Source: Eledone cirrhosa
Taxonomy: Eukaryota
Direction: 5' to 3'
Assembly: GCA_964016885.1 (NCBI GenBank)
Contig: OZ024761.1
Location: 20,274,001 to 20,338,000 of the forward strand
DNA length: 64,000 bases
The notes below the pieces were generated by a model. It did not search any database, was not told the DNA's origin, and saw only the letters and a program-made list of their open reading frames with translations. The position numbers and the translations under genes are program-made. This document shows, piece by piece, positions 10,777-25,000 of this stretch (within the stretch, counting starts at the first letter, position 1; each line of letters starts with the position of its first letter).

Positions 10777-13045
10777 ATAGAAATGGCTTCTACAAGGCTA
10801 GAATTGTATCACTCAAAGGTAAATACTACATTATATATAATATTTAATAAAGAAATGGCTTCTACTGACCTACAGCTATCTTTTTTGAGCGAATTAGTAG
10901 ATTATTTACAATATTTAATATAGAAGCTTTAGAAGCCTTCTGTATTAAATATTACATATATACTACTATTTCCTCCAAATATATTAGTTCTAGTCCTTTA
11001 GAAGCCATTTCTTTATTAAACATTGTGTATACTATTGCATACACTGCACTATTGCATTTCCTTCGAGTTGAAGAGTTTGAGAGTGTAGAAGCTATTTACA
11101 TGTTAAATATTCCATATAATCTACTAATATCCTTCAAATAAAAGAGTTCTAGTCCTTTAGAAGCCATTTCTGTATTAAATATTGTATATACTCTACTATT
11201 TGCTACCAATTAATGACCTTTAGGCATTTAGAAGCCATTTCCGTATTAAATATAATATATAATCTGCTAATACCATTCAAATTAGAGAATTGTACTGCTT
11301 TATAAGCCATTTCTGTATTAAATATTGCATACTACTATGCACACTACTATGTCCTTCGAATTGATGAGTTCTATCCCACTGGAAGCTATTTCTGTATTAA
11401 ATATTGCATATACTGTACTATTTCCTTCGAATTGAAGAGTTCCAGTCCTTTAGAAACAATTTCTGTATTAAATATTGCCTATAATCTACTAATACACTTC
11501 AAATTAAAGAGTTGTAGTGCTTTAGAAGCTATTTCTGTATTAAAAATGGCATATATAGTACTATTTCCTCCAAACATATTAGTTTTACTACTTTAGAAAC
11601 CATTTCTTTATTAAATTGAGCATATACTCTACTATTTCCTTCGAATTGAAGAGTTTTAGTCCTGTAGAAGCCATTTCTCTATTAAATATGACATATACTC
11701 TACTATTTCCTTCGAATTAATGAGCTTTCGTTCTTTAGAAGCCATTTCTATATTAAATATTGTGTATACTTTAGTATTTCCTTCGAATCGAAGAGTTCTA
11801 GCCCTTTAGAAGCCATTTCTCTATTAAATATTGCACATACACTACTATTTCCTCCGAATTAATGAGCTTTAGTCCTTTAGAAGCTATTTACATGTTTAAT
11901 ATTGCATATAATCTACTAATATCCTTCAAATAAAAGAGTTCTTGTCCTTTAGACGCCATTTCTGTATTAAATATTGTATATACTCTACTATTTCTTTGGA
12001 ATTAATGAGTCCTATCCCACTGGAAGCTATTTCTGTATTAAATATTGCATATACTGTACTATTTCCTTCGAATTGAAGAGTTCCAGTCCTTTAGAAACAT
12101 TTTCTGTATTAAATATTTCATATAATCTACTAATACCCTTCAAATTAAAGAGTTGTAGTGCTTTAGAAGCCATTTCTGTATTAAAAATGGCATATATAGT
12201 ACTATTTCCTCCAAACATATTAGTTTTACTACTTTAGAAACCATTTCCTTATTAAATAGAGCATATACTCTACTATTTCCTTCGAATTGAAGAGTTTTAG
12301 TCCTGTAGAAGCCATTTCTCTATTAAATATGGAATATAATCTAGTAACACCCTTCAAATTAAAGAGTTCTAGTGCTGTAGAAGCCATTTCTGTATTAAAT
12401 ATGGCATATATACTACATTTTCCCCGAATTATATTAGTTTTACTCCTTTAGAAGCCTTTTCTTTATTAAATATGGCGTATACACTACTATTTCCTTCGAA
12501 TCAATGAGTTCTAGCCCTGTGGAAGCTATTTACGCATTAAATATGGCATATAATCTAATAACACCCTTCAAATTAAAGAGTTCTAGTGCTTTAGAAGCCA
12601 TTTCTGTATTAAATATGGCATATATACTACATTTTCCCCGAATTATATTAGTTTTACTCCTTTAGAAGCCTTTTCTTTATTAAATATGGCGTATACACTA
12701 CTATTTCCTTCGAATCAATGAGTTCTAGCCCTGTGGAAGCTATTTACGCATTAAATATGGCATATAATCTATTAATATCCTTCAAATTAAAGAGTTCAGA
12801 AGCCATTTCTGTATTAAATATGATATATAGTACTATTTTATCCAAATATATTTATTTTTACACCTTTAGAAGCCATATCTCAATTAAATATTGCACATAC
12901 ACTCTTATTTCCTTCGAATTAATGAGCTTTAGTCCTTTAGAAGCCATTTCTGTATTAAATATGGCATATATACTACTATTTCTTCCAATTTTATTAGTTT
13001 TACTCTTTTAGAAGCCACTTCTTTATTAAATAGAGCATATACAAT
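10777..13045 (+). repeat. ~71-bp satellite, ~30 copies, first ~2 copies inverted; monomer homologous to a hammerhead ribozyme motif
   Basis: gaagcc/gaagct-type landmark at ~11160, 11231, 11303...11525, 11596, 11667, 11738, 11809, 11880. The monomer aligns with 46431-46492. Confidence 0.9.
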
Positions 13046-16000
13046 TATAGAGTCCGTACGGACGCTATAATTGATAAAATGACACTAAAAGGGCTGTAAC
13101 GGCACCATAAATGACTAAAACGTCTTTAAAATGGCTAAAACACTCCTTAAATTAGTAAAACGACTCTCAACTGTCTAAAATACCTCTAAAATGGCTAAAA
13201 CACTCCTCAAACGAGTAAAACCACTCTAAAACGACTAAAATGATGCTAAAATGACTAAAATGACTCATAAATGACTAAAATGACTTTATATTGACTAAAA
13301 CCACTCTAAAATGTCTAAAATAACGCTAAAATGGTTAAAATGACCTTATAGGGGCTATAACGGACGCTATAATTGATGGAATGACACTAAAAGTGCTGTA
13401 ATGGCACCATAAATGACTAAAACCTCTCTAAAATGGCTAAAACACTCCTTAAATGAGTAAAACCACACTAAAATGGCTAAAATGACGCTAAAATGACTAA
13501 AATGACTATAACGACTCTATATAGGGCTATAATGGACTCTACATTTGATAAAATGAAACTAAAAGTTCTGTAACGGCACCATAAATGAGTAAAATCACTC
13601 TAAATTGACTAAAACGACTCTAAAATGGCTAAAATACTCTTTAAATGAGTAAAACCACTCAAAAATGGCTAAAACAACGCTAAAATGACTAAAATGACTC
13701 TATAAGGGCTATAACGGACTCTACAATTGATAAAATGACACTAAAAGGGCTGTAACGGCACCACAAATGACTAAAACCTCTCTAAAATGGCTAAAACACT
13801 CCTTAAATTAGTAAAACGGCTCTCAAATGTCTAAAATCACTCTAAAATGGCTAAAACACTCTTTAAGTGAGTAAAACCACTCTAAAATGCTAAAATGACG
13901 CTAAAATGACTAAAATGACTGTATAAGGGCTATAACGGACTCTATAATTGATAAAATGACACTAAAAGTGCTGTAACGGCACCATAAATGACTAAAATGA
14001 CTCTAAATTGACTAAAACGACTCTAAAATGGCTAAAACACTCCTTAATTAAGTAAACCCACTCTAAAATGGCTAAAATGACGCTAAAATGCCTAAAACTA
14101 CTGTAAGAGGGCTAAATCGACACACAAATGACTAGAACGACTCTAAAGTAGCTAAAACACACCATAAATGTCTAAAATGATTCTATAATGCCTAAAACGG
14201 ATTCTGATATTGCTAAAATGACACTAAAATGACTGAAACGGCACCATAAATTACTACAATGACTCTGATATGATTAAAATGACTCTAAAATGGCCTAAAT
14301 GACACCTTAAATGACTAAAACGACTCTAAAATGGTTAAAAAAACTTCTTAAATGAGTAAAACCACTCTAAAATGGCTAAAAGGACGCTAAAATGGCTAAA
14401 ATGACCCTATAAGGGCGAATAAAGGACTCTATAATTGATAAAATGACACTAAAAGGGCTGTAACGGCACCATAAATGACTAAAACGTCTCTAAAATGGCT
14501 AAAACACTCCTCAAATTAGTAAAACGACACTCAGATGTCGCAAATCCCTCTGAAATAGCTAAAGAACTCCTTAAATGAGTAAAACGACTCTAAAATAGCT
14601 AAAATGGCGCTAAAATGACTAAAATGACACTATAAGGGCTATAACGGACTTTACAATTGATAAAATGACACTAAAAGTGCGGTAACGGCACCATAAATGA
14701 CTAAAATGACTCTAAATTGACTAAAACGACGCTAAAATGGCTAAAACTCTCCTTAAATGAATAAAATGACTCTAAAATGGCTAAAATGACGCTAAAATGA
14801 CTAAAACAACTGTAAGAGGGCTACATCGACACAAAAATGACTAAAACGACTCTAAAATGGCCAAATCACACCATAAATGATTAATATGACTCTATAATGC
14901 CTAAAACGGACTCTGATATTGTTAAAATGACACTAAAAGGGCTGTAACGGCACCATAGATGACTAAAACGTCTCTAAAATGGCTAAAACACTCCGTAAAT
15001 TAATAAAACGACTCTCAAATGTCTAAAATCCCTCTAAAATCGCTAAAACACTCCTTAAATGAGTAGAACCACACAAAAATTGCTAAAATGACTAAAATGA
15101 CTCTATAAGGGCTATAACGGACTCTACAATTGATAAAATGACACTAAAATTGCTGTAACGGCACCATAAATGACTAAAATCACTCTCAACTCTCTAAAAC
15201 CCCTCTAAAATGGCTAAAACACTCCTCAAATTAGTAAAACGACTCTAAAACGGCTAAAATGACGCTGAAATGGCTTAAATGACTTTAAAGGGCTGTAACG
15301 GCACCATAAATGACTAAAACGTCTCTAAAATGGCTAAAACACTCCTTAAATTAGTAAAACGACTCTCAACTGTCTAAAATCCCTCTAAAATGGCTAAAAC
15401 ACTCCTCAAATGAGTAAAACGACTCTAAAACGGCTAAAATGATGCTAAAATGACTAAAATGACTCTATAAGGGCTATAACGCACTCTACAATTGATAAAA
15501 TGAGACTAAAAGTGCTGTAACGGCACCATAAATGATTAAAATCACTCTAAATTGACTAAAACGACTCTAAAATTGCTAAACCACTCCTCAAATGAGTAAA
15601 ACCACTCTAAAATGGGTAAAACGACGCTAAATGACTAAAATAACTCTATAAGGGCAATAACGGACTCTATATTGATAAAATGACACTAAAAGTGCTGTAA
15701 CGGCACCTTAAATGACTAAAATGACTCTAAATTGGCTAAAACGACTCTAAAATGGCTAAAACACTCCTTAAATGAGTAAAACCACTCTAAAATGGCCAAA
15801 ACGACGCTAAAATGACTAAAATGACTCTAAAACGGCTAACATGATGCTAAAATGACTAAAGTGACTCTATAAGGGGTATAACGGACTCTATAATTGATAA
15901 AATGACACTAAAAGGGCTGTAACGGCACCATAAATGATTAAAACGTCTCTGAAATAGCTAAAACACTGCTTAAATTAGTAAAACGACTCTCAACTGTCTA

Positions 16001-19000
16001 AAATCCCTCTGAAATGGCTAAAACACTCCTCAAATGGGTAAAACGACTCTAAAACGACTAACACGACGCTAAAATGACTAAATGACTCTATAAGGGCTAT
16101 AACGGATTCTACAATTGATAAAATGACACTAAAAGTGCTGTAACGGCACCATAAATGACTAAAATGACTCTAAATTGGCTAAAACGACTCTAAAATGGCT
16201 AAAACACTCCTTAAATGAGTAAAACCACTCTAAAATGACTAAAGCACTCCTTAAATGAGTAAAACCACTCTAAAATGACTAAAACACTCCATAAATGAGT
16301 AAAACCACTCTAAAATGGCTAACACGACGCTAAAATGACTAAATAACTCTATAAGGGCTATAACGGACTCTACAATTGATAAAATGATACTAAAAGGGCT
16401 GTAACGGCACCATAAATGACAAAAACGTCTCTAAATTGGCTAAAACACAGCTTAAATTAGTAAAACGACTCTCAACTGTCTAAAATCCCTCTAAAATGAC
16501 AAAATTGACTCTATAAGGGCTATAACGGACTCTACAATTGATAAAATGACACTAAAAGTGCTGTAACGGCAACATAAATGACTAAAATCACTCTAAATTG
16601 ACTAAAACGACTCTAAAATTGCTAAACCACTCCTTAAATGAGTAAAACCACTCTAAAATGGCTAAAACGATGCTAAAATGACTAAAGTGACTCTATAAGG
16701 GCAATAACGGACTCTATAATTGATAAAATGACACTAAAAGTGCTGTAACGGCACCATAAATGACTAAAACGATTCTAAAATGTCTAAAACACTCCTTAAA
16801 TGAGTAAAACCACTCTAAAATGACCAAAACACTCCTTAAATGAGTAAAACCACTCTAAAATGGCTAAAATGACGCTAAATTGACAAAATTGACTCTATAA
16901 GGGCTATAACGGACTCTAATATTGATAAGATGACACTAAAAGTGCTGTAACGGCACCATTAATGACTAAATCACTCTAAATTGACTAAAACGACTCTAAA
17001 ATTGCTAAACCACTCCTCAAATGAGTAAAACCACTCTAAAATGGGTAAAACGACGCTAAAATGACTAAAATAACTCTATAAGGGCAATAACGGACTCTAT
17101 ATTGATAAAATGACACTAAAAGTGCTGTAACGGCACCTTAAATGACTAAAATGACTCTAAATTGGCTAAAACGACTCTAAAATGGCTAAAACACTCCTTA
17201 AATGAGTAAAACAACTCTAAAATGGCCAAAACGACGCTAAAATGACTAAAATGACTCTAAAACGGCTAACATGATGCTAAAATGACTAAAGTGACTCTAT
17301 AAGGGGTATAACGGACTCTATAATTGATAAAATGACACTAAAAGGGCTGTAACGGCACCATAAATGATTAAAACGTCTCTGAAATAGCTAAAACACTGCT
17401 TAAATTAGTAAAACGACTCTCAACTGTCTAAAATCCCTCTGAAATGGCTAAAACACTCCTCAAATGGGTAAAACGACTCTAAAACGACTAACACGACGCT
17501 AAAATGACTAAAATGACTCTATAAGGGCTATAACGGATTCTACAATTGATAAAATGACACTAAAAGTGCTGTAACGGCACCATAAATGACTAAAATGACT
17601 CTAAATTGGCTAAAACGACTCTAAAATGGCTAAAACACTCCTTAAATGAGTAAAACCACTCTAAAATGACTAAAACACTCCTTAAATGAGTAAAACCACT
17701 CTAAAATGACTAAAACACTCCATAAATGAGTAAAACCACTCTAAAATGGCTAACACGACGCTAAAATGACTAAAATAACTCTATAAGGGCTATAACGGAC
17801 TCTACAATTGATAAAATGATACTAAAAGGGCTGTAACGGCACCATAAATGACAAAAACGTCTCTAAATTGGCTAAAACACAGCTTAAATTAGTAAAACGA
17901 CTCTCAACTGTCTAAAATCCCTCTAAAATGACAAAATTGACTCTATAAGGGCTATAACGGACTCTACAATTGATAAAATGACACTAAAAGTGCTGTAACG
18001 GCAACATCAATGACTAAAATCACTCTAAATTGACTAAAACGACTCTAAAATTGCTAAACCACTCCTTAAATGAGTAAAACCACTCTAAAATGGCTAAAAC
18101 GATGCTAAAATGACTAAAGTGACTCTATAAGGGCAATAACGGACTCTATAATTGATAAAATGACACTAAAAGTGCTGTAACGGCACCATAAATGACTAAA
18201 ACGATTCTAAAATGTCTAAAACACTCCTTAAATGAGTAAAACCACTCTAAAATGACCAAAACACTCCTTAAATGAGTAAAACCACTCTAAAATGGCTAAA
18301 ATGACGCTAAATTGACAAAATTGACTCTATAAGGGCTATAACGGACTCTAATATTGATAAGATGACACTAAAAGTGCTGTAACGGCACCATTAATGACTA
18401 AAATCACTCTAAGTTGACTAAAACGACTCTAAAATTGCTAAACCACTGCTTAAATGAGTAAAACCACTCTAAAATGGCTAAAATGACGCTAAAATGACAA
18501 AAATGACTCTATAAGGGCTATAACGGACTCTACAATTGATAAGATGACACTAAAAGTGCTGTAACGGCACCATAAATGACTAAAATGACTCTAAATTGAC
18601 AAAACGACTCTAAAATGGCTAAAACACTCCTTAAATGAGTAAAACCACTCTAAAATGGCCAAAACGACGCTAAAATGACTAAAATGACTCCAAAACGGCT
18701 ACCATGATGCTAAAATGACTAAAGTGACTCTATAAGGGCTATAACGGACTCTATAATTGATAAAATGATACTAAAAGTGCTGTAACGGCACCATAAATGA
18801 CTAAAATGATTCTAAATTGACTAAAACGATTCTAAAATGGCTAAAACAATCCTTAACGAGTAAAACCACTCTAAAATGGCCAAAACGATGCTAAAATGAC
18901 TAAAATTACTCTAAAACGGCTAACATGATGCAAAAATAGCTAAAACACTGCTTAAATTAGTAAAACAAATCTCAACTGTCTAAAATCCCTCTAAAATGGC

Positions 19001-22000
19001 TAAATTACTCCTGAAATGAGTAAAACCACTCTAAAATGGCTAAAACGACGCTAAAATGACTAAAATAACTCTATAGGGGCTATAACGGACTCTACAATTG
19101 ATAAAATGACACTAACAGGGCTGTAACGGCACCATAAATGACAAAAACGTCTCTAAAATGGCTAAAACGCAGCTTAAATTAGTAAAACGACTCTCAACTG
19201 TCTAAAATCCCTCTAAAATGACAAAAATGACTCTATAAGGGCTATAACGGACTCTACAATTGATAAAATGACACTAAAAGTGCTGTAACGGCACCATAAA
19301 TGACTAAAATCATTCTAAATTGACTAAAACGACTCTAAAATTGCTAAACCACACCTTAAATGAGTAAAACCACTCTAAAATGGCTAAAACGATGCTAAAA
19401 TGACTAAAGTGGTGACTCTATAACGGCAATAACGGACTCTATAATTGATAAAATGACACTAAAAGTGCTGTAACGGCACCATAAATGACTAAAACGATTC
19501 TAAAATGGCTAAAACACTCCTTAAATGAGTAAAACCACTCTAAAATGACCAAAACACTCCTTAAATGAGTAAAACCACTCTAAAATGGCTATATTGACTC
19601 TATAAGGGCTATAACGGACTCTAATATTGATAAGATGACACTAAAAGTGCTGTTACGGCACCATAAATGACTAAAACGTCTCTAAAATGGCTAAAACACT
19701 CCTCAAATGGGTAAAACGACTCTAAAACGGCTAACACGACGCTCAAATGACTAAAATGACTCTATAAGTGCTATAAGGGACTCTACAATTGATAAAATGA
19801 CACTAAAAGTGCTGTAACGGCACCATAAATGACAAAAACGTCTCTAAAATGGCTAAAACACTGCTTAAATTAGTAAAACGACTCTCAACTGTCTAAATTC
19901 CCTCTAAAATGGCTAAAACACTCCTCAAATGAGTAAAACGACTCTAAAACGACTAAAATGATGCTAAAATGAGTAAAATGACTCTATAGGGGCTATAACG
20001 GACTCTACAATTGATAAAATGACACTAAAAGTACTGTAACGTCACCATAAATGATTAAAATCACTCTAAATTGATTAAACGACTCTAAAATTGCCTAAAC
20101 CAATCCTTAAATGAGTAAAACCATTCTATAATGGCTAAAACGACGCTATAATGACTAAAATGACTCTATAAGGGCAATAACGGACTCTATAATTGATAAA
20201 ATGACACTAAAAGTGCTGTAACGGCACCATAAATGACTAAAACACCTCTAAAATGTCTAAAACACTCATTAAATGAGTAAAACCACTCTAAAATGGCTAA
20301 TATGACGCTAAAATGACAAAAATGACTCTATAAGGGCTATAACGGACTCTACAATTGATAAAATGACACTAAAAGTGCTGTAACGGCACCATAAATGACA
20401 AAAATCATTCTAAATTGACTAAAACGACTCTAAAATTGCTAAACCACTCCTTAAATGAGTAAAACCACTCTAAAATGGCTAAAACGATGCTAAAATGACT
20501 AAAGTTACTCTATAAGGGCAATAACGGACTCTATAATTGATAAAATGACACTAAAAGTGCTGTAACGGCACAATAAATGACTAAAACGATTCTAAAATGG
20601 CTAAAACACTCCTTAAATGAGTAAAACCACTCTAAAATGACCAAAACACTCCTTAAATGAGTAAAACCACTCTAAAATGGCTAAAATGACGCTAAATTGA
20701 CAAAATCGACTCTATAGGGGCAATAACGGACTCTATAATTGATAAAATGACACTAAAAGTGCTGTAACGGCACCATAAATGACTAAAACACCTCTAAAAT
20801 GTCTAAAACACTCCTTAAATGAGTAAAACCACTCTGAAATGGCTAAAATGACAAGAATGACTCTATAAGGGCTATAACGGACTCTACAATTGATAAAATG
20901 ACACTAAAAGGGCTGTAACGGCACCATAAATGACAAAAACGTCTCTAAAATGGCTAAAACACAGCTTTAATTATTAAAACGACTCTCAACTGTCTAAAAT
21001 CCCTCTAAAACGACAAAAATGACTCTATAAGGGCTATAACGGACTCTACAATTGATAAAATGACACTAAAAGTGCTGTAACGGCACCATAAATGACTAAA
21101 ATCACTCTAAATTGACTAAAACGTCTCTAAAATGGCTAAAAAACTCCTTAAATGGGTAAAACGACTCTAAAACGGCTAACACGACGCTAAAATGACTAAA
21201 ATGTCTCTATAAGTGCTATAAGGGACTCTATAATTGATAAAATGACACTAAAAAGGCTGCAACGGCACCATAAATGACTAAAACGTACCTAAAATGGCTA
21301 AAACACTGCGTAAATTAGTAAAACGACTCTCAACTGTCTAAATTCCCTCTAAAATGGCTAAAACACTCCTCAAATGAGTAAAACGACTCTAAAACGACTA
21401 AAATGATGCTAAAATGAGTAAAATGACTCTATAGGGGCTATAACGGACTCTACAATTGATAAAATGACACTAAAAGTGCTGTAACGGCACCATAAATGAT
21501 TAAAATCACTCTAAATTGATTAAACGACTCTAAAATTGCTAAACCAATCCTTAAATGAGTAAAACCACTCTAAAATGGCTAAAACGACGCTATAATGACT
21601 AAAATGACTCTATAAGGGCTATAACGGACTCTATAATTGATAAAATGACACTAAAAGTGCTGTAACGGCACCATAAATGACTAAAATGATTCTAAATTGA
21701 CTAAAACGATTCTAAAATGGCTAAAACAATCCTTAACGAGTAAAACCACTCTAAAATGGCCAAAACGATGCTAAAATGACTAAAATTACTCTAAAACGGC
21801 TAACATGATGCAAAAATAGCTAAAACACTGCTTAAATAGTAAAACAACTCTCAACTGTCTAAAATCCCTCTAAAATGGCTAAATCACTCCTGAAATGAGT
21901 AAAACCACTCTAAAATGGCTAAAACGACGCTAAAATGACTAAAATGACTCTATAGGGGCTATAACGGACTCTACAATTGATAAAATGACACTAACAGGGC

Positions 22001-25000
22001 TGTAACGGCACCATAAATGACAAAAACGTCTCTAAAATGGCTAAAACACAGCTTAAATTAGTAAAACGACTCTCAACTGTCTAAAATCCCTCTAAAATGA
22101 CAAAAATGACTCTATAAGGGCTATAACGGACTCTACAATTGATAAAATGACACTAAAAGTGCTGTAACGGCACCATAAATGACTATAACGATTCTAAAAT
22201 GGCTAAAACACTCCTTAAATGAGTAAAACCACTCTAAAATGACCAAAACACTCCTTAAATGAGTAAAACCACTCTCAAATGGCTAAAACGACGCTAAAAT
22301 GACTAAAATGACCCTATAAGGGCTATAACAGACTCTATAATTGATAAAATGACACTAAAAGGGCTGTAACGGCACCATAAATGACTAAAACGTCCCTAAA
22401 ATGGCTAAAACACTGCTTAAATTAGTAAAACGACTCTCAACTGTCTAAATTCCCTCTAAAATGGCTAAAACACTCCTCAAATGAGTAAAACGACTCTAAA
22501 ACGACTAAAATGATGCTAAAATGAGTAAAATGACTCTATAGTGGCTATAACGGACTCTACAATTGATAAAATGACACTAAAAGTACTGTAACGTCACCAT
22601 AAATGATTAAAATCACTCTAAATTGATTAAACGACTCTAAAATTGCTAAACCAATCCTTAAATGAGTAAAACCATTCTATAATGGCTAAAACGACGCTAT
22701 AATGACTAAAATTACACTATAAGGGCTATAACGGACTCTATAATTGATAAAATGACACTAAAAGTGCTGTAACGGCACCATAAATGACTGAAACACCTCT
22801 AAAATGTCTAAAACACTCATTAAATGAGTAAAACCACTCTAAAATGGCTAAAATGACGCTAAATGACAAAAATGACTCTATAAGGGCTATAACGGACTCT
22901 ACAATTGATAAGATGACACTAAAAGTGCTGCAACGGCACCATAAATGACTAAAATGACTCTAAATTGACAAAACGACTCTAAAATGGCTAAAACACTCCT
23001 TAAATGAGTAAAACCACTCTAAAATGGCCAAACGACGCTAAAATGACTAAAATGACTCCAAAACGGCTACCATGATGCTAAAATGACTAAAGTGACTCTA
23101 TAAGGGCTATAACGGACTCTACAATTGATAAAATGACACTAAAAGTGCTGTAACGGCACCATAAATGACAAAAATCATTCTAAATTGACTAAAACGACTC
23201 TAAAATTGCTAAACCACTCCTTAAATGAGTAAAATCACTCTAAAATGGCTAAAATGACGCTAAATTGACAAAATCGACTCTATAAGGGCTATAACGGACT
23301 CTAATATTGATAAGATGACACTTATAGTGCTGTAACGGCACCATAAATGACTAAAACGTCTCTAAAATGGCTAAAACACTCCTCAAATGGGTAAAACGAG
23401 TCTAAAACGGCTAACACGACGCTAAAATGACTAAATGACTCTATAAGTGCTATAAGGGACTCTATAATTGATAAAATGACACTAAAATGGCTGCAGCGGC
23501 ACCATAAATGACAAAAACGTCTCTAAAATGGCTAAAATACTCCTCAAATGGGTAAAACGACTCTAAAACGGCTAACACGACGCTAAAATGACTAAAATGT
23601 CTCTATAAGTGCTATAAGGGACTCTATAATTGATAAAATGACACTAAAAGGGCTGCAACGGCACCATAAATGACTAAAACGTCCCTAAAATGGCTAAAAC
23701 ACTGCTTAAATTAGTAAAACGACTCTCAACTGTCTAAATTCCCTCTAAAATGGCTAAAACACTCCTCAAATGAGTAAAACGACTCTAAAACGACTAAAGT
23801 GATGCTAAAATGAGTAAAATGACTCTATAGGGGCTATAACGGACTCTACAATTGATAAAATGACACTAAAAGTGCTGTAACGGCACCATAATTGATAAAA
23901 TGACACTAAAAGTGCTGTAACGGCACCATAAATGACTAAAACGTCCCTAAAACGACTAAAATGATGCTAAAATGAGTAAAAATACTCTATAGTGTCTATA
24001 ACGGACTCTACAATTGATAAAATGACACTAAAAGTACTGTAACGTCACCATAAATGATTAAAATCACTCTAAATTGATTAAACGACTCTAAAATTGCTTA
24101 ACCAATCCTTAAATGAGTAAAACCACTCTATAATGGCTAAAACGACGCTATAATGACTAAAATGACTCTATAAGGGCAATAACGGACTCTATAATTGATA
24201 AAATGACACTAAAAGTGCTGTAACGGCACCATAAATGACTAAAACACCTCTAAAATGTCTAAAACACTCATTAAATGAGTAAAACCACTCGAAAATGGCT
24301 AAAATGACGCTAAAATGACAAAAATGACTCTATAAGGGCTATAACGGACTCTACAATTGATAAAATGACACTAAAAGTGCTGTAACGGCACCATAAATGA
24401 CAAAAATCATTCTAAATTGACTAAAACGACTCTAAAATTGCTAAACCACTCCTTAAATGAGTAAAACCACTCTAAAATGGCTAAAACGATGCTAAAATGA
24501 CTAAAGTTACTCTATAAGGGCAATAACGGACTCTATAATTGATAAAATAACACTAAAAGTGCTGTAACGGCACAATAAATGACTAAAACGATTCTAAAAT
24601 GGCTAAAACACTCCTTAAATGAGTAAAACCACTCTAAAATGACCAAAACACTCCTTAAATGAGTAAAACCACTCTAAAATGGCTAAAATGACGCTAAATT
24701 GACAAAATTGACTCTATAGGGGCAATAACGGACTCTATAATTGATAAAATGACACTAAAATTGCTGTAACGGCACCATAAATGACTAAAACACCTCTAAA
24801 ATGTCTAAAACACTCCTTAAATGAGTAAAACCACTCTGAAATGGCTAAAATGACGCTAAAATGACAAGAATGACTCTATAAGGGCTATAACGGACTCTAC
24901 AATTGATAAAATGACACTAAAAGGGCTGTAACGGCACCATAAATGACAAAAACGTCTCTAAAATGGCTAAAACACAGCTTAAATTATTAAAACGACTCTC

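Noticed and set aside
11974-13011. Short ORFs within the 71-bp satellite
   Set aside because: Chance open frames in a repeat whose period is not consistently a multiple of three.
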